The notes under the pieces: model-generated
What the model saw: only the letters and a program-made list of their open reading frames with translations
Database searches by the model: none
Told to the model about the DNA's origin: nothing
Shown here: in pieces, positions 48,802-62,117 of the stretch
How the letters are laid out: each line of letters begins with the position of its first letter
Position numbering within the stretch: the stretch's first letter is position 1
Position numbers and translations under genes: made by a program
NCBI RefSeq assembly: GCF_004010195.1
Contig: NC_057746.1
Coordinates: 11,134,881-11,198,880 of the forward strand
DNA: 64,000 nt
From: Chiloscyllium plagiosum
Lineage: Eukaryota
Reading direction: 5' to 3'

Positions 48802-49597
48802 ACTGCATCAATGTAAAGATTCCTGGTTGTGTGGATGTGCCGAGGGATCTTGGAGTCCAGGTGCAAAGATCTCTGAAAGTTGACACCCAGGTTGATAGTG
48901 TTCTTAACAGGGTTTGTTAGGCTTCATTGATAGACGGATTGAGTTCTGGACCTGTAATATCATGCTGCAACTATACAAAACCCTCGCGTGGCCGTACATG
49001 GAACATTGCGTGCAGGTGTGGTCGCCATATTTCGGCAAGGATGTGGAAGCATTGGGAAAGGTGCAGAGGAGATTTACCAGGATGTTGCCTGCTCTGGAGG
49101 GAAAGTATTATGAGGAAAGGCTGCGGGTCTTGGATCTGTTCTCATTGGAAAGAAGAAGGCTGAGAAGGGATTTGATAGAGACATAGAAGATTATCAGAAC
49201 TGCATCAATGGAAAGATTCATGGTTGTGTGGATGTGCAGAGGAATCTTGGAGTCCAGGTGCATCGAGTCCTTAAAGTTGGCACCCAGGTTAATAGTGCTG
49301 TTAAGAAGATTTGTTAGGTTTCATTGGTGGAGGGATTGAGTTCTGGAGCCGCAATATCATGCTGCAGATATGCAATACGCTCGTGCGAACGTACATGGAA
49401 TATTGCGTACAGTTGTAGTCGCCATATGTCGGGAAGAATGTGGAGGCATTGGGAAAGGTGCAGAGGAGATTTACGAGGATGTTGCCTGTTCTGGAGGGAA
49501 AATCTTATGAGGAATGGCTGAGACACTTGGGTCTGTTCTCATTGGAAAGAAGGAGGCTATGAGGCGATTTGATAGAGACATACAAGATGATCAGAAC
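48802..49597 (+). repeat. 397-bp tandem duplication within CR1 ORF2
   Basis: Units begin actgcatcaatg at 48802 and 49199 and both end gatttgatagagacata.aagat.atcagaac. Confidence 0.9.
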
Positions 49598-52299
49598 ATT
49601 ATATAGGTGTACAGGGAGTCTTTTTCCCAGGATAATGACGTCAGTTTTTACGGGGGGGGGGGGGGGAATACTTACAAATTCAGGGATGATAGATTTTAGT
49701 CAGATATCAGAAAAGGTTCTTTACTCAGAGTGTGGTAAGGTCGTGGAATACCCTACCTGCCAATGTAGTTAACTCAGCCACATTTAAACAAACAGATTTA
49801 AACAAAACGTGGATAAGCACATGGATAATGATGGGACAGTGTAGGGGACGAGCTGAGAATAGTTCACAGGTTGGTACAACATTGAGGGCTGAAGGACCTA
49901 CTCTGCGCTTTATTGTTCTATATTCTATGTTTGTTTCCCTGCTGAACATCCCTATGTTTCACTGATTCTGTTGGTGAGGATCTATTTGCCATCATATATG
50001 TTAACTTCTATGCAAACCTATGCACGATACGTGTCACCCACATACTTGCTAATCATTCCTTCTATAATTCCTATCTAAATCATTAATGTAAATGACAAGC
50101 AACAGTGGATCCAGCACTTTTACCTGCAGATCATCGCTGGTGACAAGCTTTCAATCCGACAAACAGCCGTCCTCGGACAGCCTGTCTCCTGCCATTAAGC
50201 AGATATACATAGAAACACAGAAGCTCATATATAGATATATAGAGACACAGACACAGTCATGTCTTCAAGATAGAGATAGGTAAGGTTTGAGTAATACTGG
50301 TATCAAGATTAAAAGTGAAAACGCGAGATAATTGTGTTGAGAAATTACAACTGGCAGGCATGATGGAACAGCAGAGCGGACTTGATGGGCCTCACGGCTT
50401 ATTCCACTATCCTCTGTTGCATTGTCTTAAGGAATCATGAATATTGTCTGAAGGGAGAAGTGGAGGCTGTTTTTGATAAATACATATTGAACAATCAATA
50501 GGAATGTGGAATATTTCTTAGAGGCTGAATGGTCTACATCTGTTCCTGTTTGTGTGCCCTTATTTCTGAAAAGAGAACGTGACTGTGACGTTAACAGCCT
50601 TTAAAATTCCGGGGTCTCCCGTTAAAATTTGGAATAAGTTTTTTCCTTTCTCCGAAAAATTGTGTTACCTGTGGTGCTGTTTTGACCAGGAAACTGTGAA
50701 GATATTCAAGACTGTGTTCGACTGATCGTTGATGAATTGAACAGTGTTTATGTGAACAGGTAGGAAGGGTCAGCCATAATCCGACCAGCCATGATCTTTC
50801 CAAAATTGAACAGAAACCTCCAGTAACCGAGCACTCAACTGTGCTCCTACCGCAAGTGTTGTTTTCTCAAATCACCCTTAGAGGCTGTTGCAGAGTGAGA
50901 GGAAGACCCCATTCACACACTCATCATCTTTATTGTGAGACAAGAGGAAACCATTTTGCTCCTTCATGGAGTTACACAAGAATAGCATGACGTATTCCGT
51001 CAATTGTGTAAATTTTTACAGGATAGGACGAGACCACGTAACCATTCTCGGCTATTACACAGGATCATGGAAGCCCAGGATAGTCACAAGGAAGTACTGA
51101 TTAGTGATAATTACTCGTTTTCAGGTTGGAAAGTTGTATCGAGTGGAATTCCGAGATACAACTAGGAATCACGTGAAATCACGTACAATTTACAAAATAG
51201 CTTCATGATTTGAATAGAGGAACTGATTGATTTGGAGCTCAATTTGCGAATACACCAGGGCAGTTATTTAATCGATGTCAAGTGGAGATAGAACATCTGC
51301 AATGGGGAACAGACAGGGGAGGTTAGTGAGTAAACCCTCACCAAAAGAATCAGGACAATGTGTGTGATGTGATCCGTGTGTTTTGGTGAAAGGATAAACA
51401 GCAGTTTTAATCTTACTCGCCGCAGAATGCAGAACTCGGTGAAACAAATGGATTTGTGTGTCCTGGTACATGAAGCACATCAAGTTATTCTGGAGATGCA
51501 GCAAGAAACATTGAAGGTAAACGGAATGATGCTGTTCCTTGCAAAAGGTATCAGGTATGATCTTAAGTATGTTTTTCTGCATCTGGGCATGGCATTGCAG
51601 AGAAAACAACTCATGTATTGCATGAAGTTATGCTGCCCGAAACCGAAACAAACAAAACAGCAAAACTGATTGTAAATCTTTTCAACGATGTTTTTTATTT
51701 ACTCGTTCTTGGGCTGAAGGCATTATGTTATTATAGTTGAACCCTTTAGAGCTGAGAACAAGAAATGTTCTTATTGATCATATTTGATCTTGAGGTCAGT
51801 GCACTTGGTGAAATCCCGATTGATATTTCCCCTTGTGTGAGAGGATAAAACTGGGCAGTAAATTAAGAATAAGACCGGGATTAAAGAAAGGTCTCTTCAC
51901 CCGAAACTTTAACTCTGGTATCATTTCATACATGTTGCAAGACCTGCTGAGCTTTGCATCAATTTCTATATTTGCTTAAAAGTAAGACACTCATTTTAAT
52001 AAAGATGTTGTGAAGACATTAGACACTTCATTTTTTAAATTACGTCGACACATATAAACACATCTTCAAATTATGTAGAGCCTTTTTTTTAAGGAAATGG
52101 TTGTACATATGACAGCAGCAGTGGTACACCTACGTGGAGCAGGGATTAGGATGGAGACATATCGTTCGGATAATGTTCAAAGAGATCTCACATTGTACAC
52201 GTTGGGTTCTGATAACATTACTCGTTCAACTCAAAGAGGAGAAAATGTAACCTGTCTCTCAAGGAACAGTCTTTGCAAGTTTTGAAAAGATTTGTCGCT

Positions 52300-54637
52300 C
52301 AGGTTGAGGCTCTGGAAGGTCTTCTTATTCAGTATGTGGACAAGATGACGACGGGAGAGTCCGTTTTGGATTTGGTGCGCGGCAATGAGCCTGGACAGGT
52401 GTCAGATCACGAGGAGGGTGAACAATTTGATGACAGTGACCATAACAGCCTCACGTTTACAATAGCCATGGAGAGGGAATGGAGCAGTTACCATAGGAAG
52501 ATTTTTAATCGGCGACAAGGAAATTATGACGTTATCGGACACGATTTGAGAAGTATAGATTGGGAGCAATTGCTCCACGGAAAGGGCACAACAGGCAAGT
52601 GGAGACTGGTTAAGGAGCAGTTGTTGTGAGTGATGCACAAATTTGTTCCTCGAGACAGACAAGAAGGGTTAAGATTAAGGAGCCTTGGATTACGAGAACA
52701 GATGAGCTTCATATCAAAAGGAAGAAGGCAGCTTATGCAAGGTGTTGAAGCAAGGGTGTGGCACAGTGTGATAAGATTACAGGCTTGCCAGAAATAAAAC
52801 CCGCAAATCGACTGAGGAGAGCCAGGAGGCAGCAGAAAAAGGGCTTGGCGTTAAGCATTAGAGAGAACCCAAACGCATTTTACTCATACCTGAGGAACAA
52901 GAGAATATTCACGGAGAAGGTAGGGTAGATCAGAGATAGTGTCGGGAACTTGTGAGTGGAGTCTCAGAAGAGAGGGGAATCCCTAAATACATTATTTGCT
53001 TCGGTTTTCACGAAGGTAAGGGACATTGTTGTGAATGAGAACTTTGAGAAGCTCGGAGTTAAGCCTGAGCAGATCAAGATTGATGAAGCTGATGTGTTGG
53101 AAACTTTGGCTAATATTACGATTAGTAAGGTCCAAGGGTCAGTCCAGATTCTTCCTCGGTGGCTCTGGGAAGGGAGAAAGGAGTTTGCTAAGATGCTGGG
53201 GAAGATGTTTGCTTCTTCACTCACACAGGAATCGTACTGGAGGATTGGAGGGAGGTGAATGTTGTTTAGTTTCAAGAGTGTAATAGGAAAATCCCTGGCA
53301 ATTACAGTCCAGTCCGACTTACGTCTGTTATCAGCAAGGTTTTGGAAAGAATTCTGAGACATAGCATTTTTGACTACTTGGAAAAGCAAAGCATAATGAA
53401 AGCCAGTCAGCATGGTTAGGTGAGGGGTAATCATGTCTCACAAATCTTATTGAGTTCTTTGAAAAGGTGATGAGCCAGGTCGACGAAGGTGGATGTGGTG
53501 CATGTGGATTTCAGGAATGCACCTGATAAGGTTTCCTACGGTCGGCTCATTCCCAAGGTCAGGAGGTATGTGATACAGGAAGATTTGGCTTTCTGGGTTC
53601 AGACTTGGTTGGCTGAAAGAAGGTAAAGAGTAGTTGTAGATGGAAAGTATTCTGCCCAGAGTTCAGTGGTGAATGGTGTCACGTAGGGCTCTGTTCTTGA
53701 GCCTCTGCACTTTGTTGTTTATTTTTATATATAACTTGAATGAGGATGTTGAGGCGTGGGTTAGTAAATTTGCCGATTACACAAGGGTTGGAGGTACCGT
53801 TGATAGTATCAAGGTCTTTTGCAGGCTGCAGCGTGATATAGACAGGATGCAGAGCTGGACTGAGAAATGGCAGATGGAGCTCAATTTCGATAAATGAGAA
53901 GTGATGCATTTTGGAAGGTCGGACTTGAATGCTGATTGTAGCATTCAAGACAGGATTCTTGGAAGTGCAGAGGAACATCTGATTCTTGGTGTTCAAGTGC
54001 ACAGATCCCTTAAAGTTGCCACCCAAATGAATAGGGCTGTTAAAGAAGTGTATGGTATTTTAGATTTCGTTAACAGGCGGATTGAGTTGAAGAGCTGCGA
54101 GGTTTTGCTGCAGCTCTACAAGACCCCGATGAGACCACATTTGGAATATAATGCCCAGTTTTGTTCGCCCTATTAAAGGAAAGATACCGAGAATTTGCAG
54201 AAGGTTTGTGTTACGAGGAGAGTTTGACTCAGCTCGGACATTTCTCTCTGGAATGAAAGAGGAAGAGAGGTGAACTTATCGAGGTATGCAAGGTAATGAG
54301 AGGCATGGATAGAGTCTAAAGCCAGAGACCTTTCCCCATGACTGGATTCACTAGCACTAAGGGTCATAGTTTTAAAGTTTTTGGAGGAAGCTGTCGAGGA
54401 GATATCAGAGGTAGGTTCATTCCACTGAGAGTCGTGAATGCATGGAATGCGTTGCGAGTGGTGGTTGAAGTCGAGTCATTCGGGACACTTAAGCGACGCT
54501 GGACGTGCACATGTACAGCTGTGAATTGAGGGGTGCCTTGATTACATTATTTTATTTAAGATTTGGAATAATCGTCGGCAAAACATCGTGGTGCGAAGGA
54601 CCAGTTCTGTGCTGTACTTTTCTATGCTCTGTTATGC
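52300..54637 (+). mobile_element. CR1 LINE, 5'-truncated ORF2
   Basis: LDLVRGNEPGQV...SDHNSL, WVSKFADYT, WQMELN, RPHLEYNAQF, RVVNAWNAL and CR1 3' tail. Confidence 0.88.
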
Positions 54638-54639
54638 TC

Positions 54640-56350
54640 TGCCAACTGCCAGTCAGCCAGTTCTGTATCCATTTTTGTTCAACTTAAATCGGATCCCATT
54701 GGCTTTGATGTTTGCTAACGCCTGGACATCGACTTACCCCTTCGAAACCTACAAGCGAATTGTTTAGACATGACTTCCCCTCAACAAGCCACGATGAGAA
54801 TTTTTGATTAATCTTTTACATCAAGACTAATCCCCCTCCTCAATAGGTCCAGTTGTTTCCCTACGATGTGAGCCTGGTTTTACACGACGGTGGTTTAACA
54901 CGCCGGTGGTTTAACTGTTAATTCCTTCATCCGTCCTGCATAGCGCTACCGCGTTGGCTGCTCTACACTTATTTGGCACATCAATTGTGGCCAGACAGGA
55001 ATGCTAAATTATTGCCAGCGACTCAACTATTTCATTCTTTGCATCACTCCATATCCTGGCATGCATTTTATGGGCCCTGGAAATGAAAGCACTCTTAATG
55101 CAGCAAGATAACACAGAAACTCACGTCATCTGTCTTAATTTCTGAAAGGATCCACACATTTTTCCATGATTTCTATACACATATTGTCTCTCTCTGTCGT
55201 GAATACTGACACAACGCACTGATTTCGTGCAGAACCTAATCCTCCGGCTCCACGCCAATAATAACACTGTAGATTCTCATGGGCATTGCTGTTTCCTGCA
55301 TTATCCTTTTAAGATATATGAACTGGTAATGTGCTTTAATAATTTCCCTTACTTTGACTGGTATTACTTTTCCATGGTACTTTTTGCTCTCCGAATTTCG
55401 CTTTTTTGCGATTCCCTCTTGCAACGTCTGTACTCCATGAGAGTTTCTATTGTTTTGAGACTTCATTATTTACCGTCCACCTTCCTTGTTTCTCTTTTTT
55501 TCTCACCCTCCCTGACCATTGATGTCTTAGTACCACGCTGTGGCTTCATCAGAAATGTCATCCCTGTGCTTTGCCGATTTCTATCCCGCTGCCCTGATTC
55601 ACATTTGCCAATGAATGTCAGACTCCAGTCAATTCTGGTTACATCGTTACTTGATTTTACTAAAACTTTCCATCCATCATTTCAGAGTTGTTCAGGCCCT
55701 TTCCTATAACTTTCTGGAACTAGCTTAAATCCAACAGATTCATGATCTTTTTCTGCAAAGTGCTCCACCATTGATGTTTAAGCCACTTCGCCGACTGTAT
55801 TGCCTCAACTTAAGTTCAGGTTCACCACTCTTGAGCATGGTGTGTATTAAAATTCTCTCTAATAAACACGCACTTCATTAAAATATTCTCCTGCAGTCAT
55901 TTTCAGAATTCTGCTCCCTTTAAATTTCTGACGTGATGAATGCCTAAGTTCTTCACCCCCCTGTTTAACTTGTATTTCTCTGGTGTTTGCCTATGTATGT
56001 ACACCTTTTGAGCTTTTGGACGTGTAGTGATGTCTATAGCGCTCTCCAAATAATTACGTTTGCTTTATTTCAGTTTTGAAGAACTGTCTATTTGCCTTCA
56101 TTCGTGGAGGTATTCATGATTTCACTTGTATTTGCAGCTGAAAATAATCTGTCAGAATTGGAATGGTACCGACTTTCTCTACCTCCTTCCCTCAACCAAC
56201 CCCCTCCACCACCATCCCCAACCCTGCTACAACCTTCTCTGTGCAGCCTAAAAGTACTCTATCATGGACTGTTGAACAGCCACTCCTGACCCTCCTCAAC
56301 ATGTGTCCGTCGTATCAATTGCACCATTTCCTTATTTATGCCATCAAATA
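54640..56350 (-). mobile_element. Very old CR1 ORF2 remnant
   Basis: Scattered reverse-strand RT and endonuclease-like sequence; heavily decayed. Confidence 0.5.
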
Positions 56351-56677
56351 ATCTGCGTTGCTCAACAGACTCTTTCATTAAAATTAATTCATCTGAATTT
56401 GCTCTCTCCCTTCTAATTTAACCAGCCTATAATTTCTATACCTCCCTGACTTCCTTGTCGTGACTTCTAATTTTGGCATCACATCATTATGTACAGATCC
56501 GCTCATATGATTCTGCTAGTCTTTCCGGGTGGATCTCAGCTTCTCTATTGATCTGTATAATTATGGTTCTTTTAATATCGAGGTTAGTATCTAGTAAACA
56601 CGACAAACTTGATATTTAAGAACTGGTTGTTTTTGTGATCGATTCGTCAGATAATTTATACGATGTGTTTCCTGAAG

Positions 56678-56993
56678 GTACATTAGATATTGGCCACCCA
56701 AACCTTCTCCTAACTGTGAATGTCAAAGAAGAAATCGCAAACACCAAATTTGCAAACATCGTCGGTTCAAATATTGATTTCCATCCGAAGTAAATCTCTG
56801 TTGGTTGGTTGAAAAATGGCCGACCCTTGGATTCTGTCTTCTTCCCGTCTCCTGTGTGTGTTTAGAGAATGGAAACTTCGCGGTGACGAGTGGGCTGATA
56901 GTCTCTTTTGGTGAATGGTTTAACAGCGCAGTCTATACTTGTCAGGTCACTCATAGAGAGAACACTCAACGTCAATACATCACAACGCCCCAG
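56678..56993 (+). pseudogene. IGHM: IgM heavy chain constant exon Cmu2 (disabled)
   Basis: Acceptor ...gtgtttcctgaag ends 56677. Phase-1 translation TLDIGHPNLLLTVNVKEEIANTKFANIVGSNIDFHPK*ISVGWLKNGRPLDSVFFPSPVC/LENGNFAVTSGLIVSFGEWFNSAVYTCQVTHRENTQRQYIT matches the recalled shark Cmu2 pattern (LLLTV..EEI..RKFA.IVCSI.DFHP..ISV.WLKNG...SPVC..NGNFS.TSRL.V...EWF..AVYTCQV). Lesions: first Cys->Gly, TAA at 56791-56793, +2 slip in a (TG)n run near 56860, GT donor lost (ggaaaag). Confidence 0.92.
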
Positions 56994-58827
56994 GAAAAGA
57001 GAAATGTACTGATAGAATTACAAATTATTCCGAACTCGGATGTTAATCAAATTCACATTTTATCTTGTTTTGTAAACAGCACAGTGCAGCTCCTAATTTA
57101 CCAACATGTCATTTGTCTCTTATTTACATTTGAGTGTTATATTGGCATTGCTCATAAATTAACTTTTAACAGATTAGAAAAGCTTGCTTCCCTCCATGTT
57201 GAAGACAATTAGACTGTGAGCTGGATTAACTGTCTTTTGTAAAATAGCCAGTTGGCTGACGATACTGGGAGAATCAGTCAGACATCCGAATCCATTTCTA
57301 GTAATGGCATCAAAATGACGTGGGGATAGGATGTATCACGTTGAAACTTAGACAATACTGAGAGACCGAGATAAAGTAAAATTAGAGTACATGTTATAAC
57401 CAATAACCAAGCCTAGCACCGAAGGGCACAGCCTCAGAGGCAAAGGGCACAGCATTTTGAACTGAAATGGTGATGAATCTTTGGAAATCATTGCTGCAGT
57501 GATCTGACGACTCCAAATCATTGTGGATATTAAAACAGACAGAGTTTGGATTTCACTTAATAAGTGATGAAGGCAGGGAAATAGGCTAGGGAACCACAGC
57601 AATCACGATAGATCAGACATAATTGACCGAATAGACTCACTCTGCTCCATTATCTTCTGGTCTTACGGTCTCAAAATGACATTGTAAAAATATGCAGTGA
57701 CGCTTATTTGAAAATAATTAGTGCGTTTTCAATACTCATTCGCTGCTCATGAATGATTTGTTGACCTTGCATATTGTACGATATACCTTTTATCCAGTAC
57801 TGAGCTCTTTAAATTCATTCATATGGGATCAGACCACAAAACAATTGGGTATCACATTTGATTGACAGGGATAAGCAATATCTAATTGAGCCTCTTTGAG
57901 ATGCTAGTTAAATTAGTGACTGTTCAGGAGAATAAATTCCGGTGGGAATGCTTCAATCGTGATGAATCAACAAAGAATTCTAGCCAGGCTGTTTCAGCCT
58001 TGTTTAAGGTTGGAGATATTCTTATCGTGCTTCGTGGAAGTATGAATAACACGATCACAAATTTCCATCAGATTTGTACTATTCTACGAAGAAATTCCAG
58101 CAACATTTGCAGATTAGTAAATAAAGTGAAAGTGGAGAACAGTCATGATCTAACCGAATGGAGGGATATGATGGTTGTCCTACACTATATCCAATGCTGT
58201 ACTCACTGTATAGTTGTCAGAATACTCCAGATTTGGTACATGAGGAACAATGAAACTCATTAGAGAACGATTTCGCATCAGCAATGTAATTCATTTTCGA
58301 TTATGTTCAACATTGTGAACAGAATTTCCATGGCTGTTCCCCCCTCCTGTAACACCTTATAACCTCTGCAAATCATGAAGTCAAAGAGAATAGTTACGAT
58401 TGATTACAGTTTCCCTAAAATTCTGGATGTGATTTGGCACTCGGCCTGACCACGAGAAAGTGATGAAGTGCCGATACTGGAGATCAGAGTGTCGAATAAA
58501 GAGTTCATGCTCGAATCGTTGACTCTTCTGCTCCTCGGATGCTGTATTTTTCTAGCGCTTTTCTAGCGCCACACATTTCAATTCAGCGTGAGCAGCAGCA
58601 TTTGCATATAAGGATCCTGAACATATAAATGAAATCATTAGTTCCGGGCTTCTCTATTCACAACTATCAATAGATTGTCTTATGGTACCTGTGATGATTT
58701 TATTTTTTCATAGATTGCATCATGGTACCTGTGATGATTTTACTTTTTCCAAAGATTTCACTTATTAAAAAGGTCGTGTTCTTCATGAATAATTACACAG
58801 GTTTATGTTATAGGTAACCACGGATAT

Positions 58828-59125
58828 GGGCGGCACGGTGGCACAGTGGTTAGCACTGCTGCCTCACAGTGCCAGAAACCCGGGTTCAATTCCCAACTCA
58901 GGCGACTGACTGTGTGGAGTTTGCACGTTCTCCCCGTGTCTGCTTGGGATTCCTCCGGGTGCTCCGATTTCCTCCCACAGTGCAGGTCAGGTAAATTGGC
59001 CATGCTAAATTGCCCGTAGTGTTGGGTAAATGTAGGGGAATGGGGGGGTTACGCTTCGGCGGGTCGGTGTGGACTTGTTGTGCTGAAAGGCCTGTTTCCA
59101 CACTGTAAGTAATCTAATCTAATCT
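58828..59125 (+). mobile_element. HE1-type tRNA-derived SINE, full length, in the Cmu2-Cmu3 intron
   Basis: gggcggcacggtggcacagtggttagc (A box), ggttcaattcc (B box), central gtgtggagtttgcacgttctcccc, CR1-like tail ending (aatct)n. Confidence 0.9.
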
Positions 59126-59279
59126 GAATGTTTTCACAATTCAAAATATATAAACAACAGCAATTATCATTACAACAATAGTCGAAAGTGAACATTTCCA
59201 AGGTGGTTTCGTTATTTTGTGAGGAAAAGCCTGAAAACCGATTGCACTTATTTCATTTACTTTGATTTCTGTTTAATAG

Positions 59280-59570
59280 GAGTTACCAAGTGCCACGATT
59301 ATACAGTTAAAATTGTACCGCCGCGAGTAGAACAGGTCTTACTGGAGGCAATGGTGATATTAACTCACGTTGGTATCCAGGTCACCTTGATACAAGAAAA
59401 GAATCCTCTGCAATTAGAGATTGCTGACCAGCCTGGAGAGAATACCGACAGCGTGATCAGCAAATTAGGCATTTCAACTGAAACCGGGCTGAGTGGCATT
59501 AGGTTTAAATGTCTGGTGAACCATCAGTTTTTACCGACTCCTCAGAGACACTCTATCCACAAGGAGAAAT
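59280..59570 (+). pseudogene. IGHM: IgM heavy chain constant exon Cmu3 (open but degenerate)
   Basis: Acceptor tttctgtttaatag (AG 59278-59279), phase-1 donor t|gtgggg after 59570. Translation [96 protein letters not shown] matches shark Cmu3 ([17 protein letters not shown]...ISKLxISTxAWLS...CVVNHQxLPTPLRxSIHKE). The first Cys is removed by an in-frame deletion and both Trp are substituted. Confidence 0.93.
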
Positions 59571-60017
59571 GTGGGGGCTGAGACGAACGCACAAAGTATC
59601 CCATGTGTAATTTCGATCCAGTTACGTAAATGGCATGACTTGATTGGTAACAAACAAATACCGTTGGTAGCATTAATGATGAATCTGATGGCAAGAGAGC
59701 TAAGTAAAAGAAGACGGACCAAAGAATAGTCTATTCACATTAAGCCACAAAAGGTGGGAAGATGTCTGGTTTGTGACATAAACGTGACCAATGACAAATG
59801 GCCAGAATGTCCGAGTTGTGTTCTGGAAACATCGAGGTGACCTTCAATTTAAACTCTTTATTTCTTTACATGAATAGAATGCATATCATTCTGCTCCTGT
59901 ACAAAACGAAAGTGAACAAATCCCAAGTGAAAATATCGTACTTAAATATTTAGTGGAACTTAAATGTTGACTCTGGATTTTCATCGTTGATTTATATTTG
60001 TTTCAAAGGTTTTGCAG

Positions 60018-60408
60018 CAATAACTTCACTGGAGCCATTTGTGTCTGTGCTCCAGCCACCGACAGAAGAAATCTCCATTCGAAGGTTTCTTTTCCTCACC
60101 TGTTTAGTGAGAGGTTTATCCCCCCGAGAAATCTTGGTCAAGTTAACAAACATTGACAAGCCGGTGAATCATAGTAACTACAAGAACATCAAGGTGATGG
60201 TGGAGAATGACAACACCTTCTTTTCATGTACAGCCTGTTATCCTTTGCAGCAGACGAATGGGCCAGCGGTGCTTCATATTCCTGTGTGGTGAGACATGAA
60301 GCGATTGCATTGAAGACCATCAACAGAACAGTTGATAAATCAAGTGGTAAATCGAGTTTTGTGAGCATTCCAACTGCATAGGTGGACACTGTAAATTCAT
60401 GTCAATAA
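60018..60408 (+). pseudogene. IGHM: IgM heavy chain Cmu4 exon with secretory tailpiece (disabled)
   Basis: Acceptor ttttgcag ends 60017. [68 protein letters not shown] / frameshift near 60225 / [58 protein letters not shown]. This is the characteristic shark mu C-terminus (DKSSGKxSFV...DTVNSCQ). Premature TAG at 60379-60381. The internal membrane-form donor (agtg|gtaaat, GT 60347-60348) is intact. Confidence 0.95.
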
Positions 60409-60449
60409 AAATGACAAAGTTGCATTTAAAAATGCAGCACAGTAATAAA
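60404..60449 (+). terminator. Polyadenylation signals of the secreted mu transcript
   Basis: AATAAA at 60404-60409 overlapping the CAA-TAA end of the tailpiece, and a second AATAAA at 60444-60449 followed by GT-rich sequence. Confidence 0.6.
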
Positions 60450-61334
60450 GAATTGTTCCTCCAGTTGTGATTTATGTACAAACGTTTAATTGTGTTTCCC
60501 ACTTTTACTTGCATTCCATCTGCCCAGTTAAAATGCCTTATTAATCGGTCAATGGTTCGTGTCTTGTGCAGTTAATTTTTCCTTCTCAGACACACCCTGG
60601 TTAAGAGACATAGTAAATCTCACCTGTGCAGGATTCGGCAAAATAACTTATCCATATTAAATCCCTTTGAATTGGAATCTGACAATGTCTATTTTATGGC
60701 AAATGAAGGTAACGAATTGAGAACTTAGTGATCCTGAGTCCCCGATGGCCCATTCTTACAGAGTTCATGTCAACTTTAAACTGCCACATTTCATCACTTG
60801 GGAACATTAAGCTTAAGAGACGTTTCTTCCCGCAGCCCAAAGATGTGCAAGTCAGGTGAATTGGCCATGCCAAATTGTCCCATCGTGTTCAGGGATGTGT
60901 AGGTTGGGTGCATCCGTCAGGTGTAACTGTAGGGTAGGGGAAACGGATCTGAGTGGGTTACTCTTCTAAGAGTCGTTGTGGATTGTCTGACCGAATGGTA
61001 TATTTCCACACTGTAGCGATTCTACGATTCTATGAAATCAACACACGAACAGATACCATCATGTAAACATAAACCTCCATCAAAACATGAAGTTACATAA
61101 TAACATTAGTGTAGAACCACCATGAAGACAACCTTCTATTGGTTGTATCGGAAATAGAGACATAACACGTATTTTTGATCACACAAACGAAAAATAAACA
61201 CATTCACAAACAAATTAAAGATAAATCTATGCATGAATGAAGTGGCATATTAACACATTGTGAAATGAATAAAATGTACGGACACAAACTCGTGAATAAT
61301 CACAAAAGCACTAAACGAACGTGAATATGCTTGA

Positions 61335-61650
61335 CTGAATTACCTACAGTATGGAAACAGGCCATTTAGCTGTACAAGTTAACACCGACCCTCTGAAGAG
61401 TAACTCACGCAGACTCATTTCCCGACATTTATCCCTGCCTATTGCACCTAACACTATGCACAATTTAGCATGGCCAATTCACCTTAGCTGCAAATCTTTG
61501 GACTGTCAGAATAAACCAGAACACCCGGGGGAAAACCCACATTGAGGCGGGGCGAACTGCAAACTCCACACAAACATTCTCCCGAGTCAGGAATCGAATC
61601 TGCCCACCCAGCACTGAGGCAGCGTGCAAACAACAGAGTCACTATGCCAA
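61335..61650 (-). mobile_element. Older HE1-type SINE in the Cmu4-TM1 intron
   Basis: Diverged copy; further partial copies at ~36315-36530 (-) and ~60830-61035 (+). Confidence 0.75.
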
Positions 61651-62117
61651 GCGTTCAGTTTGCTTATGCACTAACTCCAATACAGGCAAGTGCAAAGTGA
61701 GAGGCACTCATACCCACAAGCACTAATGTGAAAAGAAAAACATACACACCAAGCATGAGCAAAATTAAATTCAGGGACACATGCACAAAAACATTTTTCC
61801 TAACTAACCTACAAACAAAAATAAGAAGCAATTATCTTACTGTGGATGTAATTTATATTCATGATTTTCCAAGCAGTTAGTCACCAATAAATGAAGATGG
61901 CAATCACATTTGAACTCTTACCAGTTATGGCCACAATTTTCAACTAAACTGCTGTCGCAGCTCACATTTAAAATATAATAACGTAATTAAAATAATCGTT
62001 CCCAATAAGTGTTCCCCAAATGATAGACCACCATAGTATTCTTGAATAATAGATTTAAATGCAAAATAATTCAAAATGTTCTGACATGGATAATAAAGAA
62101 AGAGCATGTGCATATAA

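Larger units (their letters stand above)
44993..49930 (+). mobile_element. CR1 LINE, near full length, decayed
   Basis: Tandem 5' UTR units, ORF1 (VIGDSIVRG esterase at 45822), ORF2 (PEDWRIANVVSLFKKG, MDFSKAFDKV, WQMEFNATKCEVM, VQRRFTRMLP), 3' tail ttctatattctatg; internal 397-bp duplication and HE1 SINE insertion. Confidence 0.92.

Noticed and set aside
58600-58607. Ig octamer ATTTGCAT in the Cmu2-Cmu3 intron
   Set aside because: Also occurs inside CR1 and ERV sequence here; expected by chance, with no clustering of other enhancer motifs.
58682-58761. 40-bp tandem duplication
   Set aside because: Simple local slippage in an intron; two units without spacers, not an array.
58828-58900. tRNA gene-like sequence
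   Set aside because: It is the tRNA-derived head of an HE1 SINE, continuous with SINE body and tail.
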